Below are positions 38,640-48,991 of a stretch of DNA of 64,000 nt, in pieces. The stretch is from a virus. Below the pieces are notes generated by a model. That model saw only the letters and a program-made list of their open reading frames with translations, did no database searches and had not been told where the DNA came from. The position numbers and the translations under genes were made by a program. Numbering within the stretch: the stretch's first letter is position 1; each line of letters opens with the position of its first letter. The DNA lies in IMG/VR virus record IMGVR_UViG_3300040801_000524, positions 9,742 through 73,741 of that record. One strand, given 5' to 3'.

Positions 38640-40244
38640 ATGCCAATTCAAGAAAAACGTGTACGTGTTACACTGGATCAGAATCCCAATCTCAAGGTAA
38701 CCGCAAAGACCCGTGAGCATATTGGTGTCAATGCCGTTGGCACTGATGAAGTACAAGCACGTCTATTAGGCATCCCCGGCCCACAAGGTGATCAGGGGAA
38801 TCAAGGCATCCCCGGCCCACAAGGTCCCCAAGGTGAGGTTGGTATCATCTGGATGGGGGAGTGGAATGCTTCGGCTGTCTATCAAGTTGGGAATGCCGTA
38901 AAATACTTCGGTTCTTCCTACGTCTACATCAACGGTACCCCAACTCAGGGTCAAATCCCAACAAACAACCCGGCCTATTGGGATGTACTTTCCGAGAAGG
39001 GTGATGATGGTGCCCCGGGTGCTACCGGGAATGAACATGCCGAATTGATGAAGGAACCAACTGGGTTCCCGAATCTGACAGATTCCCGCATCTACTACGA
39101 CAACGGTCAACACCGTTTGTACATTCAACCGGCCATCGATGGTGGGTCCTTCGACTATTGGATTTCCGGTGTCAAGCGTACCGTGTCCGCACCCGAATCC
39201 GTGGTAATCCCTCAGATGCAATCGATGTACTATGTGTACTACGATTCTGATTTCCTATTGAAGGTCTCCACCACATTTCCAATTCCGCTTGCTGGTATTG
39301 CCACCGTGGCGATTCTCTATTACGATGTGGATGCCGGTGCCTACACCTTCTTTGGTGAGGAACGTCATGGACTGGTCATGGACTGGTCAACCCATTTGTA
39401 CCTACATGAGACCCAAGGTGCACAATGGGCAAACGGTCTTGATCTATTCTGGAATGATTCTGGAACCGGCTCAACAGACGATGAACTGAAAATCGGATTC
39501 TCAGATGGTGTGATTTATGACGAAGACCTTCGCCATTTCATCCGACACTCAAATGCCCCTACCAACTTCTTTGAACAAATTCTATACCCAACCGGAAGAT
39601 TGCCGATTTGGTATCGTGACACTGCGCAAGGATATTGGCGAAAGTTCTCCCCAAACAACTACCCGCTGAGATTTGGGGCTTCCCTACCATACTACAATGA
39701 GTGGACAGGTAGCGATTGGAGACTGTCAGATGTCCCTGACGGTGATTATTTCGTCATGTGGGTCTACGCCACCAATGATGTGAATCAACCCGTTGTGGCT
39801 GTCATGGGGCAGTCTACGGACTCGAATCTTGAAAACGCACTGATCGCAAACGGTCTGGACAAACTGAAACTTGGGGTTCTACCTTCACCCGAGTTCAAAC
39901 TACTGTACCGTCTGACGTATTTGGCCGATTCCACCTTTGCCAACTCATTCAAGGCAAAAATGGTTCGGGTGGACGACTATCGAGCGTTCAAAGATCATTA
40001 TGGGGTCCCTTCGGCCGTAACACCATCACCCGGACCCGGTACCGGGGGTGACAAACACTTCTTTCATGAACAATCAACAGCATCGAGCGCATGGACCGTG
40101 GTTCATGGTTTGAATAAATTCCCGTCTGTCGAAGTCGTTGATAGTGGGGGAAGTTCTGTTGAAGGGTGCGTGGAATATGTGGATATAAATACTGTACGCA
40201 TTGAATTTTCCGCACCTTTTACCGGAAAAGCATTTTTCAACTAA
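38640..40244 (+). CDS. Tail fibre protein with short collagen-like repeat
   Basis: (GXY)n GIPGPQGDQGNQGIPGPQGPQGE; W.G.W....Y..G..V module; C-terminal W.V.H.L...P.V.V.D domain. Confidence 0.65.
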   Translation: MPIQEKRVRVTLDQNPNLKVTAKTREHIGVNAVGTDEVQARLLGIPGPQGDQGNQGIPGPQGPQGEVGIIWMGEWNASAVYQVGNAVKYFGSSYVYINGTPTQGQIPTNNPAYWDVLSEKGDDGAPGATGNEHAELMKEPTGFPNLTDSRIYYDNGQHRLYIQPAIDGGSFDYWISGVKRTVSAPESVVIPQMQSMYYVYYDSDFLLKVSTTFPIPLAGIATVAILYYDVDAGAYTFFGEERHGLVMDWSTHLYLHETQGAQWANGLDLFWNDSGTGSTDDELKIGFSDGVIYDEDLRHFIRHSNAPTNFFEQILYPTGRLPIWYRDTAQGYWRKFSPNNYPLRFGASLPYYNEWTGSDWRLSDVPDGDYFVMWVYATNDVNQPVVAVMGQSTDSNLENALIANGLDKLKLGVLPSPEFKLLYRLTYLADSTFANSFKAKMVRVDDYRAFKDHYGVPSAVTPSPGPGTGGDKHFFHEQSTASSAWTVVHGLNKFPSVEVVDSGGSSVEGCVEYVDINTVRIEFSAPFTGKAFFN

Positions 40245-40267
40245 AACCATAATCAGGAGAAATCAAC

Positions 40268-41317
40268 ATGGCAAGACGCTTCCTGTGCAACGTCAATCTT
40301 GAAAAGAACGAGATTCAGAACGTTGTCATTCACAAATTGGCAACCGCACCGTCTACCCCGGTCGAAGGTCAAATTTACTACAACACATCTGACGAACGCT
40401 GGTATCTTCGCCAATCTGGTTCATGGAAAGATGTTTCCGGTCGTCTGGACGATCTTCTACAGGCCCCGGGTGCGACATACATCCTTCTGACAGACAACGG
40501 TGACGGTACCATCTCTCTGGACGTGGCATCCGCAACCACTTCTACCAAGGGTTTGATGTCCGCTGCCGACAAGACCAAGCTGGACAACGCAACTGCGCTG
40601 AACACCCCGTCCACTCTGGTCCAACGTGACGCTTCTGGCAACTTCGCTGCCAACGACATCACCACCAATGCGGTGATCATCAACGAAACCATCAACGGTG
40701 CAACCCCGGGCAACCATGCCGTGACCAAGGCTTACGTGGATGCGTTGGTCAACAGCGGTATGCAAGTCATCGGTTCCATCGACTGTTCCACCAACCCTGA
40801 CTACCCGGCCGCTTCTACCGGTGATGCGTACTACGTGTCTGTCGATGGTCGAATCGGTGGTGGTTCTGGCCCGCTGGTCAAGCAAGGTGACCTGATCGTT
40901 GCCGTTGCCGACAACGCTGGTGGTGACGAAGCAACCGTTGGTGCAAGCTGGATCATCATCGAACGCAACTTGGACTACGCTACCGAAACCACTCCGGGTT
41001 ACATCGAACTGGCTACTCAGGCCGAAGTGAACGCTGGTACCGATGGTGTCCGTGCGGTGACCCCGGCAACTCTGGCCGCATGGTACGCTACCCAAGCCGT
41101 TTCCAACCAGTACGCAGTCAACGTTGGTGATGGTGGTACCACTACCTTCGCTGTCAACCATGCGTTGGGTTCCACCGACATTCAGGTTCAGGTGTGGGAT
41201 AACACCACTGGTGAACTGGTTGAGCCGTGTATCACAATCACCGATGCGAACAACGTGTCCGTTCAGTTCAACACTGCCCCGGCATCGAACGCATACCGAG
41301 TGGTTGTACAAGGCTAA
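40268..41317 (+). CDS. Tail fibre / structural protein
   Basis: GLMSAADKTKLD, HAVTKAYVD, GYIELATQAEV..G.D..RAVTP fibre motifs; C-terminal NH.LG..D..VQV domain. Confidence 0.7.
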   Translation: MARRFLCNVNLEKNEIQNVVIHKLATAPSTPVEGQIYYNTSDERWYLRQSGSWKDVSGRLDDLLQAPGATYILLTDNGDGTISLDVASATTSTKGLMSAADKTKLDNATALNTPSTLVQRDASGNFAANDITTNAVIINETINGATPGNHAVTKAYVDALVNSGMQVIGSIDCSTNPDYPAASTGDAYYVSVDGRIGGGSGPLVKQGDLIVAVADNAGGDEATVGASWIIIERNLDYATETTPGYIELATQAEVNAGTDGVRAVTPATLAAWYATQAVSNQYAVNVGDGGTTTFAVNHALGSTDIQVQVWDNTTGELVEPCITITDANNVSVQFNTAPASNAYRVVVQG

Positions 41318-41323
41318 TAGCCG

Positions 41324-41659
41324 ATGGCAAGACGGTTCCTATGTACCGTACAGGCACCCGTCATAAAACTAACCGATGTTCCGCTTTTTCCTGATGAAGC
41401 AATTAACAAAGGTTATGTTGACGGGTTGATTGCCTTGCGTGGTCTCCCGGCCGGGGGTACCACTGGGCAATCTTTGGTCAAGGTTGACGGAACCGATTAC
41501 AATGTTCAATGGGCAACGGTATCCGGTGGGGCTTCCACCGGATGTCTCCCATTCATCAAGACGGATGGAACACCGGACCCCATTACAATCAATGCTGGTC
41601 TTCTACCGTTCTTCAAGTCTGATGGAACTCAAGATGATATTAACTTGGTGGCGTGCTGA
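41324..41659 (+). CDS. Small fibre-associated protein
   Basis: A.NK.YVD and LP.GGTTGQ.LVK...TDY...W fibre motifs. Confidence 0.6.
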   Translation: MARRFLCTVQAPVIKLTDVPLFPDEAINKGYVDGLIALRGLPAGGTTGQSLVKVDGTDYNVQWATVSGGASTGCLPFIKTDGTPDPITINAGLLPFFKSDGTQDDINLVAC

Positions 41660-42594
41660 TGGCTGACATGATTCCTTTGAAAGGCATTTACGATACCGGT
41701 GACTCCGTAGCACTGGGTGAATTCAATCCGGGGGATACCGTTGGGGTATTGTTCGGTGGTACAGGTGCCAACAACCCAACACAAGCCCTGATCAATCTTG
41801 GTGCGGCTTCCGCTGCAACCGTGTCTGGTATCAGTGGCACTCTTTCTTCTCACATTGGTGACACATCGATCCACTTCGTGATCAACGATTCGGGTCTTGC
41901 TGCCAATGAAGCGTGGTCTTCGAACAAGATCACTGGTGAACTGTCGTTGAAGTCAGACGTGGGTCACACTCACGATGACCGATACTACACCGAAACTGAA
42001 ATCGATGCTTTCTTGAACGCATTGACCCTTGACATGGTATCCGTTTCTTCTGATGACACGATTCCCGGTTATCTGGAAGACAAGATCGTGGGTGGTCAAG
42101 GTATCACCACATCTGTGTCAAACCCCGGTGGAAATGAAGACCTTGTGATCAACGCACAGGTGTACATTGCCACAATTGGTGGAAACGTCTGTCCGGTGTA
42201 CGTGGATTCTTCCAAGGGTGGTAAGGTCCTATCCGTGGCCACACACACGTACCAATGGGATGAAACATCGCTGTCTGATGACGACTGGATTCAAATCGGG
42301 TCCGCTACTGATACAAACTCCGGTCACATCGTGCCATATAATGGTACCATTGTTGGTGCCACATATCAATGTGAAGACGACAACGGAAACACCAAGGAAC
42401 TTGATCTGTACATCAACGGATCACTGAACGGAACCCTATTCACCACCAATGGTTCAAACGGTGATCAATATGGAATCGACAACAGTTTGAACATCAATGT
42501 GAATGCCGGTGACAAGCTACGCATGCGTGCGGGTACAACCGGTGGCAACATCAACGACACAATCGTAGTCCTGTACATCAAGTGGAGAGTGTAA
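41659..42594 (+). CDS. Fibre-associated protein
   Basis: GGTGA....A..NLG, WSS.KI, HTHDDRYYTETEID motifs; ATG overlaps the upstream TGA. Confidence 0.6.
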   Translation: MADMIPLKGIYDTGDSVALGEFNPGDTVGVLFGGTGANNPTQALINLGAASAATVSGISGTLSSHIGDTSIHFVINDSGLAANEAWSSNKITGELSLKSDVGHTHDDRYYTETEIDAFLNALTLDMVSVSSDDTIPGYLEDKIVGGQGITTSVSNPGGNEDLVINAQVYIATIGGNVCPVYVDSSKGGKVLSVATHTYQWDETSLSDDDWIQIGSATDTNSGHIVPYNGTIVGATYQCEDDNGNTKELDLYINGSLNGTLFTTNGSNGDQYGIDNSLNINVNAGDKLRMRAGTTGGNINDTIVVLYIKWRV

Positions 42595-42595
42595 C

Positions 42596-43714
42596 GTGGG
42601 TACACTGGTAAAGAACAAAACACAGTCACCAATCGAGATCGAAGATTTCGGTTGTACGCTTCCACCCAATGTGGTTTACGATCTGGATGACGATTATCGT
42701 GAATCCCAAGAGTTCATCAACTATGTGAACAGCGGGGACATCGTATTCGTTCGTTCGAACAACACAGAACTGACGGTTCAAGAATCTCAACAAGTGGCAT
42801 TGAATCAGGTTCTTCCTGAGTATGAAACCGGGTATTCGAAAGATCAGATCGATGCCATGATGTCCACCCAACAGGCATACACCGACAGTGCCATCTCCAA
42901 CCTGATCAGCACTGCCCCGGGAACGCTTGACACCCTGAATGAGATTGCGGCTGCCCTTGGGGATGATCCCAACTTCGCAACCACAATCACCAACGAATTG
43001 GCCGGTAAGGCACCGGCTGTACATGCTCACAACGACTTGTACTACACAGAAAACGAGACCGACACCTTGTTGTCTGGAAAATCAGACAACGGCCACGTTC
43101 ATGATGGACGGTATTACCAGAAATCAGAAGTTGATTCCGCTTTGGCACTGAAGGCCAACGTCAACCACAACCACTCAGGTGTGTACGCCCCGGTCAACCA
43201 CAACCACGATACTCTGTACTATCGTAAAAACCAAACGTACACACAGGCTGAAGTAACCGCACTTCTGAACGCACTCGCTGCAACAATTCCGGTCTTTGGC
43301 CAGAACGCAACCAATGAGTTCGATGAAACAGTAACAACCATAACACAATCAAACTTCTTCGAAAAGCTGACGATGCCATTCACAGTCACCGCTGCAAACC
43401 AAGGAATCTATCGATTTGGGTGGGCTTGGATGTGGAACTTAGATGCAACAAACTCAGATTTCAACGCTGAAGTCGGGTATCGAAACACGTCAACCGGTGT
43501 AGAAGACGTGTTTGTCGAACAATTCCAAGAACCACAAGACGCTGGTGGATCATTTGGTTCAACGGGGTCTAATCAACGACACTCTTTCAGTGGATTCCAG
43601 CGAAGAACCCTTGCACCCGGGTCATATGAGATGTTCATTCGTTTCAGACCGGTCTCTTGGGGGGTAGAGGCATCAATGTGGAACGCTGGTCTTGAAGTGT
43701 GGAGAACACAATAA
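42596..43714 (+). CDS. Tail fibre protein
   Basis: APGTLDTLNEIAAALGDDPNFATTI motif; H.H...YY repeats; GTG start. Confidence 0.7.
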   Translation: MGTLVKNKTQSPIEIEDFGCTLPPNVVYDLDDDYRESQEFINYVNSGDIVFVRSNNTELTVQESQQVALNQVLPEYETGYSKDQIDAMMSTQQAYTDSAISNLISTAPGTLDTLNEIAAALGDDPNFATTITNELAGKAPAVHAHNDLYYTENETDTLLSGKSDNGHVHDGRYYQKSEVDSALALKANVNHNHSGVYAPVNHNHDTLYYRKNQTYTQAEVTALLNALAATIPVFGQNATNEFDETVTTITQSNFFEKLTMPFTVTAANQGIYRFGWAWMWNLDATNSDFNAEVGYRNTSTGVEDVFVEQFQEPQDAGGSFGSTGSNQRHSFSGFQRRTLAPGSYEMFIRFRPVSWGVEASMWNAGLEVWRTQ

Positions 43715-44439
43715 TGAAAAAGTTCACATTCCAAAAACAGGCACGTCTGTCGCAACTGACAGATGAAATCCGAGCTTCGGACATCACCATCGCATTGGAG
43801 TCGGTATCGGCCGAAGGACCCAACGTGATTGTCGAGTTCAAAGCAGACTTGACGGGGCCACAAGAATCGACCCTGAACAGCATTGTTCAAAACCACGTTC
43901 CGAGTTTCTTGGATGAACCGGCTGAAGTCAAGCTGGCATCCCCAACAACCACTGAAGATGGTATTCCATACGTCTACTCAACTTCCAGACCGGTTGATCA
44001 CTACGTGTGCTTCCTTGGGGCCGGTGATACAGCCGAACGTATTGGTGGTGGTGATAAGTGTGTATTCCATCTGAAATCAACCATGCCGAAATTGGTCAAA
44101 GACTTCACATTCAACGAAGACTTGTACATCAAAGACGGGTACATGATCACCAAAGATGCCCCGATGGGATCGGCTATCTGCATTGACATCGTTCACCCTC
44201 AACTTGGTGTGTTGGTTGGTACATTCGGCCGTCAAGTCCCGATCTTTGGAACAGGTTGGTTCCCGATGGATACCGAAGACCGTGGCTTTCTTCCGAAGGG
44301 CATGATCATTCGAATCACCATTTGGAATTCGACAGGCGAGGGTGGAGAAGACCCACCGGGAACCTTCTACGTGGCTGGTCGCTTCGAGACATACCGGCCG
44401 AAGTGGGGAATGAACGGCACACCCGCATTCAACCGCTAA
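43714..44439 (+). CDS. Hypothetical protein of the fibre module
   Basis: Translationally coupled (TAATG); no family recognised. Confidence 0.55.
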   Translation: MKKFTFQKQARLSQLTDEIRASDITIALESVSAEGPNVIVEFKADLTGPQESTLNSIVQNHVPSFLDEPAEVKLASPTTTEDGIPYVYSTSRPVDHYVCFLGAGDTAERIGGGDKCVFHLKSTMPKLVKDFTFNEDLYIKDGYMITKDAPMGSAICIDIVHPQLGVLVGTFGRQVPIFGTGWFPMDTEDRGFLPKGMIIRITIWNSTGEGGEDPPGTFYVAGRFETYRPKWGMNGTPAFNR

Positions 44440-44442
44440 ATA
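44435..44442 (+). promoter_or_regulatory. Late promoter GCTAAATA
   Basis: TAAATA core 20 nt upstream of the ORF at 44462. Confidence 0.55.
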
Positions 44443-44461
44443 CCAAGAAAGAGAATAAGAA

Positions 44462-44944
44462 ATGAAAGTCGCTTTTTATAAAGGGTACGGTTCCACATGG
44501 TGGAAAAGAGTCATTTCGTGGTTGGTCAAGGTATGGACCGGTGGTCCCTACTCGCACGTTGAATTGGTTGACACAAATGATTCCAAGGCACCACGAAACT
44601 GGACTTGGTATTCAGCATCATCTTTCGATGAAGGTGAGGTTCGAATCAAGTCGGTCGATTACAAATGCCATCACTGGGATGTGTGGGAAGTTGTTGGGGC
44701 CGATGAACAAGCCGCTTTCGACTTCATCAAATCTCATGTTGGGAAGAAATACGACTGGTTGGGGATTTTCCTGACTCAGGTTATTCCACTTGACAAACAC
44801 GATCACAACAAGTGGTTCTGTTCTGAAATCTGTCATGCCGCATTGGTTGAAGCCGGGGTGTGTCCAGAACGTGGGCAGAGTCACAAATTCAACCCCAATC
44901 AACTCTTCGAAAGAATGCTTGAACTGAAGGTACTGAGAGACTAA
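44462..44944 (+). CDS. Permuted papain-like (NlpC/P60, YiiX/YaeF-like) hydrolase
   Basis: GPYSHVEL..G.KYD..G..KWFCSE; His precedes the catalytic Cys. Confidence 0.75.
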   Translation: MKVAFYKGYGSTWWKRVISWLVKVWTGGPYSHVELVDTNDSKAPRNWTWYSASSFDEGEVRIKSVDYKCHHWDVWEVVGADEQAAFDFIKSHVGKKYDWLGIFLTQVIPLDKHDHNKWFCSEICHAALVEAGVCPERGQSHKFNPNQLFERMLELKVLRD

Positions 44945-44945
44945 A

Positions 44946-45776
44946 ATGGCAAAACCAGCTTCCCGAGCCGAATTGAAAGACTGGGCACTCCGTAAACTGG
45001 GGTGGCCGGTTATCGAGATCAACGTTGATGACGATCAGGTTGAAGATCGCATCGATGAAGCATTTTCGTTCTACTTCGACTACCATTACGATGCGGTAGA
45101 ACGTCTGTTCTATGCGCACAAAGTCACCCAACCAGACATCGACAACGGGTATATCCCGGTCCCCGATTCACTGATCCATGTCACCCGAGTTCTGACGGTT
45201 GGTGGTGCGTTCGGTTCCGGCCTGTTCTACCCCATGGGAGACCCGTCATTGGCTTGGAACAGCACATCCGCTAACCCACTGGCCGGACTTGGTTCAAACG
45301 GTACCAGCGGCATCCCAATCCGCACAACCAATGATCATGCCGGTGGTGGTTCGGGTGGAATGTCCGACAAGGTGTCCTTCTACCTTGCCATGCAATCCAT
45401 CGAAGAATTCTCCCAGATGTTTGCCGGTGGCGAAACCCCGATTCGATTCTCTCGCCACACAGACCGTGTGTACATGGACATGGATTGGGCAACCAAGCTG
45501 TCTGTAGACGCATATCTGGTTGTCGAAGGATGGGCATCATTGGACCCGGATGTATATACAGACGTGTACAATGATCGCTGGTTGAAAGAGTACCTTACCC
45601 AACTGATCAAACAACAGTGGGGTGCAAACCTGATCAAGTACAGCGGGATTCAACTTCCGGGTGGTGTCACATTCGATGGTGACAAGCTGTATCAACAGGC
45701 TTCCGAGGCTATTGAAAAGCTGGAAGAAGAAATGCAATCCAAGTACGAACTTCCAGTTGACTTCTATCTTGGGTGA
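44946..45776 (+). CDS. gp13: Neck protein
   Basis: P.SR.ELK...LRKLG.PVIEINV...QV.DRID.A..YHYD..N..WLK.Y...K.QWG.NL.K....LPGGV..G. Confidence 0.95.
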   Translation: MAKPASRAELKDWALRKLGWPVIEINVDDDQVEDRIDEAFSFYFDYHYDAVERLFYAHKVTQPDIDNGYIPVPDSLIHVTRVLTVGGAFGSGLFYPMGDPSLAWNSTSANPLAGLGSNGTSGIPIRTTNDHAGGGSGGMSDKVSFYLAMQSIEEFSQMFAGGETPIRFSRHTDRVYMDMDWATKLSVDAYLVVEGWASLDPDVYTDVYNDRWLKEYLTQLIKQQWGANLIKYSGIQLPGGVTFDGDKLYQQASEAIEKLEEEMQSKYELPVDFYLG

Positions 45777-45791
45777 GGTTATATTGTATTC

Positions 45792-46358
45792 ATGAGGGTA
45801 TATTGCATCGAAAACACGGTGAATGGAAAAAAATATGTAGGGGTAACCCGAAATACCATTCAAAATCGTTTCAAAAAGCATGTCTACGATGCGAGATACG
45901 GTTCTCAAACATCACTCCACAGATCGATTCGAAAACACGGCAAACGTGCCTTCATAATAACCCAAATAGATGAAGCAAGTTCCCAAGAAGAGATGTTCCA
46001 AAAGGAACGTGACTGGATAATCAAACTCAACACCCGTGAGTGTGGGTACAATTTGACAGATGGGGGTGAAGGTGGTCCACATAATCACAGTGAAGAGACA
46101 AAAATGAAGATTTCGGTCGCAAACACTGGTGTATCACGAGGGTCGGGTGTACCTAAAACTCGGAAACATAGAGAAAACATACGAATGAATCATGGAAGGG
46201 CTATCCCCAGAACAATCAAGTATGATGATGGTAGAGAAGAAACTTATTCATCATTGCGATTCTTGTGTGAATCGGAAGGAATTCCACTTGTCACCGCAAA
46301 ATGGTGTCTCAAGAACAAACAAGGAAGATTGAAGAAGCATCAAGCAACAATCAGATAA
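45792..46358 (+). mobile_element. GIY-YIG (Seg-like) homing endonuclease
   Basis: VYCIEN.VNGKKYVG.T....RF..H, GYNLT.GG.G, HSEETK.KIS (NUMOD3-like). Confidence 0.88.
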
Positions 46359-46361
46359 ATA
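46354..46361 (+). promoter_or_regulatory. Late promoter GATAAATA
   Basis: Upstream of the 46406 gene, which has SD aggag. Confidence 0.6.
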
Positions 46362-46405
46362 CTCTCACAGAACCGAATTCTGAATCGAATTTTTAGGAGA
46401 CCAAC

Positions 46406-46906
46406 ATGGCACAACTACAAAACCCACTTACCCCGGCCGCACTGGACGAATACGTCCGTGAAGTCTACGAAACCATCATCGCTGGTTCCCCGGCCGATGC
46501 CGCTGCAATCGCTACCGCTATCGAAGCCTTTGACGAATCCGCTGCCGTTCAGCAACAACGCTACAAGCAACTGATGGATGTCGTCATGAACGTTCGTGGC
46601 GTCAATCTGGAACACGGCCAAGTCCTGTCTCTGGCCATCACAACCCCCGGTTCCGGCTATGTTGCCGGTGATGCCATCGCTGTCACCACCGCTACCGGTG
46701 TCGGTGCATCTGCCCGTGTCAAGACCGTTGACGGTTCCGGTGCCATCCTGACCGTGGAACTTCTGGTTGCTGGTGAAGGCTATGATGTAGCCGACACTGC
46801 TACCACCATCACTTCTACTGCCGGTGCCGGTGGTGTGGTTGAAGCAACCATTGCCCCGAACCACAAGCAAATGCTGGTGGATGCACGTGCAATCCTGATT
46901 CCGTAA
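46406..46906 (+). CDS. Putative abundant virion protein with GxGY beta-module
   Basis: Own promoter, strong SD and terminator; ITTPGSGY..GD....G.GA...V..VD..G.I..V....GEGY module also seen in gp7, gp8 and gp18. Confidence 0.65.
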   Translation: MAQLQNPLTPAALDEYVREVYETIIAGSPADAAAIATAIEAFDESAAVQQQRYKQLMDVVMNVRGVNLEHGQVLSLAITTPGSGYVAGDAIAVTTATGVGASARVKTVDGSGAILTVELLVAGEGYDVADTATTITSTAGAGGVVEATIAPNHKQMLVDARAILIP

Positions 46907-46929
46907 TCTCGCTACCTTACGGGAACCGT

Positions 46930-46960
46930 GAGACGGGGGCTTCGGCCCCCGTTTCTTTTT
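46930..46960 (+). terminator. Rho-independent terminator (UUCG loop)
   Basis: gagacgggggc TTCG gcccccgtttc followed by T5. Confidence 0.9.
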
Positions 46961-46962
46961 GT

Positions 46963-46970
46963 CCTAAATA
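46963..46970 (+). promoter_or_regulatory. Late promoter CCTAAATA
   Basis: Directly after the terminator, upstream of the 46993 ORF. Confidence 0.7.
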
Positions 46971-46992
46971 CAGTGACAAGGAGAATTCTACA

Positions 46993-47214
46993 ATGATCAA
47001 AAGTTTCAAACGATTTGTAGCCGAAGGGTACATGCTGGACATCGACATCGGTGACACCATCATGGTCGGCCGCTTCAAGAACAAAAAAATTGTCGTCAAG
47101 TCCATCGAGGTTGACGGCAAGGGTGATCTGTTGATCAACGGCAAGAAGGTAGCCAAGTTCCGACTCTTACCTGCCGCTACAGAAGTTGAGGAACCTGTAC
47201 CCGAGGAAGAATGA
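46993..47214 (+). CDS. Small protein with capsid-targeting-like leader
   Basis: MIKSFKRFVAE leader, then IGDTI..GRFKNK..VVK.I..D..G...ING.K...FR; SD aaggag. Confidence 0.7.
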   Translation: MIKSFKRFVAEGYMLDIDIGDTIMVGRFKNKKIVVKSIEVDGKGDLLINGKKVAKFRLLPAATEVEEPVPEEE

Positions 47215-47804
47215 TGTTCTATGTCTACTGCTATACACTGAAGGAAGATGGTCGGAAGTACGTTGGGAAGACGAATGACGTACATAGACGACACATTCAA
47301 CATAGATGCCGTGGTGCTTATTTCCACAATGCCCTACGGAAATATGGGGATGATGCATTCGATTTCAAAATTCTGTGGTCTGGTGAGGATGAATCTGAAT
47401 GCCTTGAACAAGAGAAGAAACTGATTCGTGAATTGAACAGTCAAGTCTACGGCTTCAACCTTGACGATGGTGGTGTAGCATCTGGAAGAAAGCCCGGGTA
47501 CAAACACTCTGAAGAAACCAAGGCCAAGATCGCAAGGGCAAACACAGGGAAGACCCACATGAGGGGTGTTCCCAAATCAGAAGAACATAAGAAGGCCATT
47601 GGTGAAGCACATCGTGGTCGCAAGAAGAACTACAGAAACGGTAGATCGAAGATCAGACAAGTAGAAACACCGTCCGGTGAGATCATCGAAGTTGATGGCC
47701 TACAGACGTTTGAGAAAAGCGTTGGGATTCCGGTCGGATCGCTGAGAAATACACTAAGAACCGGCAAACCGCACTACAGCGGTTACAGACTGGTCGGAGA
47801 ATAA
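47211..47804 (+). mobile_element. GIY-YIG homing endonuclease with NUMOD3-like motifs
   Basis: YVYCY....G.KYVG.T....R...H, G.NL..GG, HSEETK.KI, KSEEHK..I. Confidence 0.88.
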
Positions 47805-47809
47805 ATTTC

Positions 47810-48478
47810 ATGCCAACTTCACATTATTTCGACCAATTCACATTCAGCCCAGAACAACGTCTTTTGGAAGACCTGACAATCGAGGCCATCAAGATTCATG
47901 GTCACGATTTCATCTACATGCCCCGGGAAACACTGGAACGAGATGACGTTTTCGGTGAGGACATCCGTGCCAAGTTCTCGGACAACTTCATGCTGGAAAT
48001 GTACATCGAGACCGTGGACGGGTTCGAGGGACAACAGGAAATCCTTGCCAAGTTTGGCATGCAGGTTGTGGACACGGCCACCCTGATCGTGTCCAAGAAA
48101 CGATTCGAAGAAACGATCTGGAACAAAGAACGTCCACTGGAAGGGGACCTTGTGTTCTTCCCAATGACCAACGGTATCTTCGAGATCAACTACGTTGACC
48201 ATGAAAACCCATTCTATCAACTTGGCAAGCTACACAGCTACAGACTGACAATCGAGATGTTCACACACACGCACGAAGAGTTCGACACACGCAAGCCCGG
48301 GATCGACCGCATTTCTCTGGATCGATCACAGGAAAGCGAACTTGACCGATCTGACAATGCCGACATTGAAGAAGAGAAGGAATCTGTATTGGATGCATTC
48401 TCTTCTGAGGAACAGATTCACATCAAGCGTGAGGCTGATTCCAATTTTGATGAAGGCAACCCGTTCGGAGAACTGTAA
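47810..48478 (+). CDS. gp14: Neck protein
   Basis: EQ.L.EDL..E.IKI.G.D..Y.PR....D..FGED, GF.G....KFG, RP.EGDL.FFP, PFYQLGK, NPFGE. Confidence 0.95.
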   Translation: MPTSHYFDQFTFSPEQRLLEDLTIEAIKIHGHDFIYMPRETLERDDVFGEDIRAKFSDNFMLEMYIETVDGFEGQQEILAKFGMQVVDTATLIVSKKRFEETIWNKERPLEGDLVFFPMTNGIFEINYVDHENPFYQLGKLHSYRLTIEMFTHTHEEFDTRKPGIDRISLDRSQESELDRSDNADIEEEKESVLDAFSSEEQIHIKREADSNFDEGNPFGEL

Positions 48479-48987
48479 TGGAGATCATGACCAGAAAACA
48501 GGCTACTGAACTTGGTGAAGATTTCTACTTCACCGGCAAACCCTGTAAACACGGTCATGTTGAAAAGAGAAGAACCAACAATCGAAATTGTCTTGGGTGT
48601 GAAAGAACCAAGTACAAGAAGGTTGAGAAAGAATGGAAAACGAAACAATCGGGGTATTATGAAGAGTACCACCGCAACTACAGAGAACAGAACAGAATTC
48701 GGCTTGCGAGAACATCATCTGAACATCGTTCAAAACGATTGAAGAGACACGTTCCATGGGCCAACGATCAACTCATTGAGGAAAAATACACACTTGCGAA
48801 AGAAATTACTGAAGAGTCTGGGGTGAAACATGTTGTCGATCACATTTTCCCACTACAGGGGGAGATGGTGAGTGGACTACATGTTGAAACCAACCTTCAG
48901 GTTCTACCAGAAAAGGATAATGTGTCGAAAAAGAATCGACTTGAGTTCATTCCGGTAGACATTCAAAGCATGTTGTGGGGGGGATAA
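48478..48987 (+). mobile_element. Free-standing HNH homing endonuclease (paralogue of 5500-5937)
   Basis: YFTGKPCKHGH..C..C; HVVDHIFPLQG..VSGLHVETNLQVL...N..K.N. Confidence 0.85.
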
Positions 48988-48991
48988 GACA

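Noticed and set aside
37260-38830. Exact short DNA duplications (accgatgccgtggctgccatcaacgaactt twice; ggcatccccggcccacaaggt twice) as DGR template/variable repeats or invertible-segment ends
   Set aside because: They are direct coding repeats with no adenine-specific mismatches, and no reverse transcriptase or invertase is present in the window.
40457-41311. 284-aa minus-strand ORF and the many other short overlapping ORFs in the track
   Set aside because: Shadow frames of well-supported genes.
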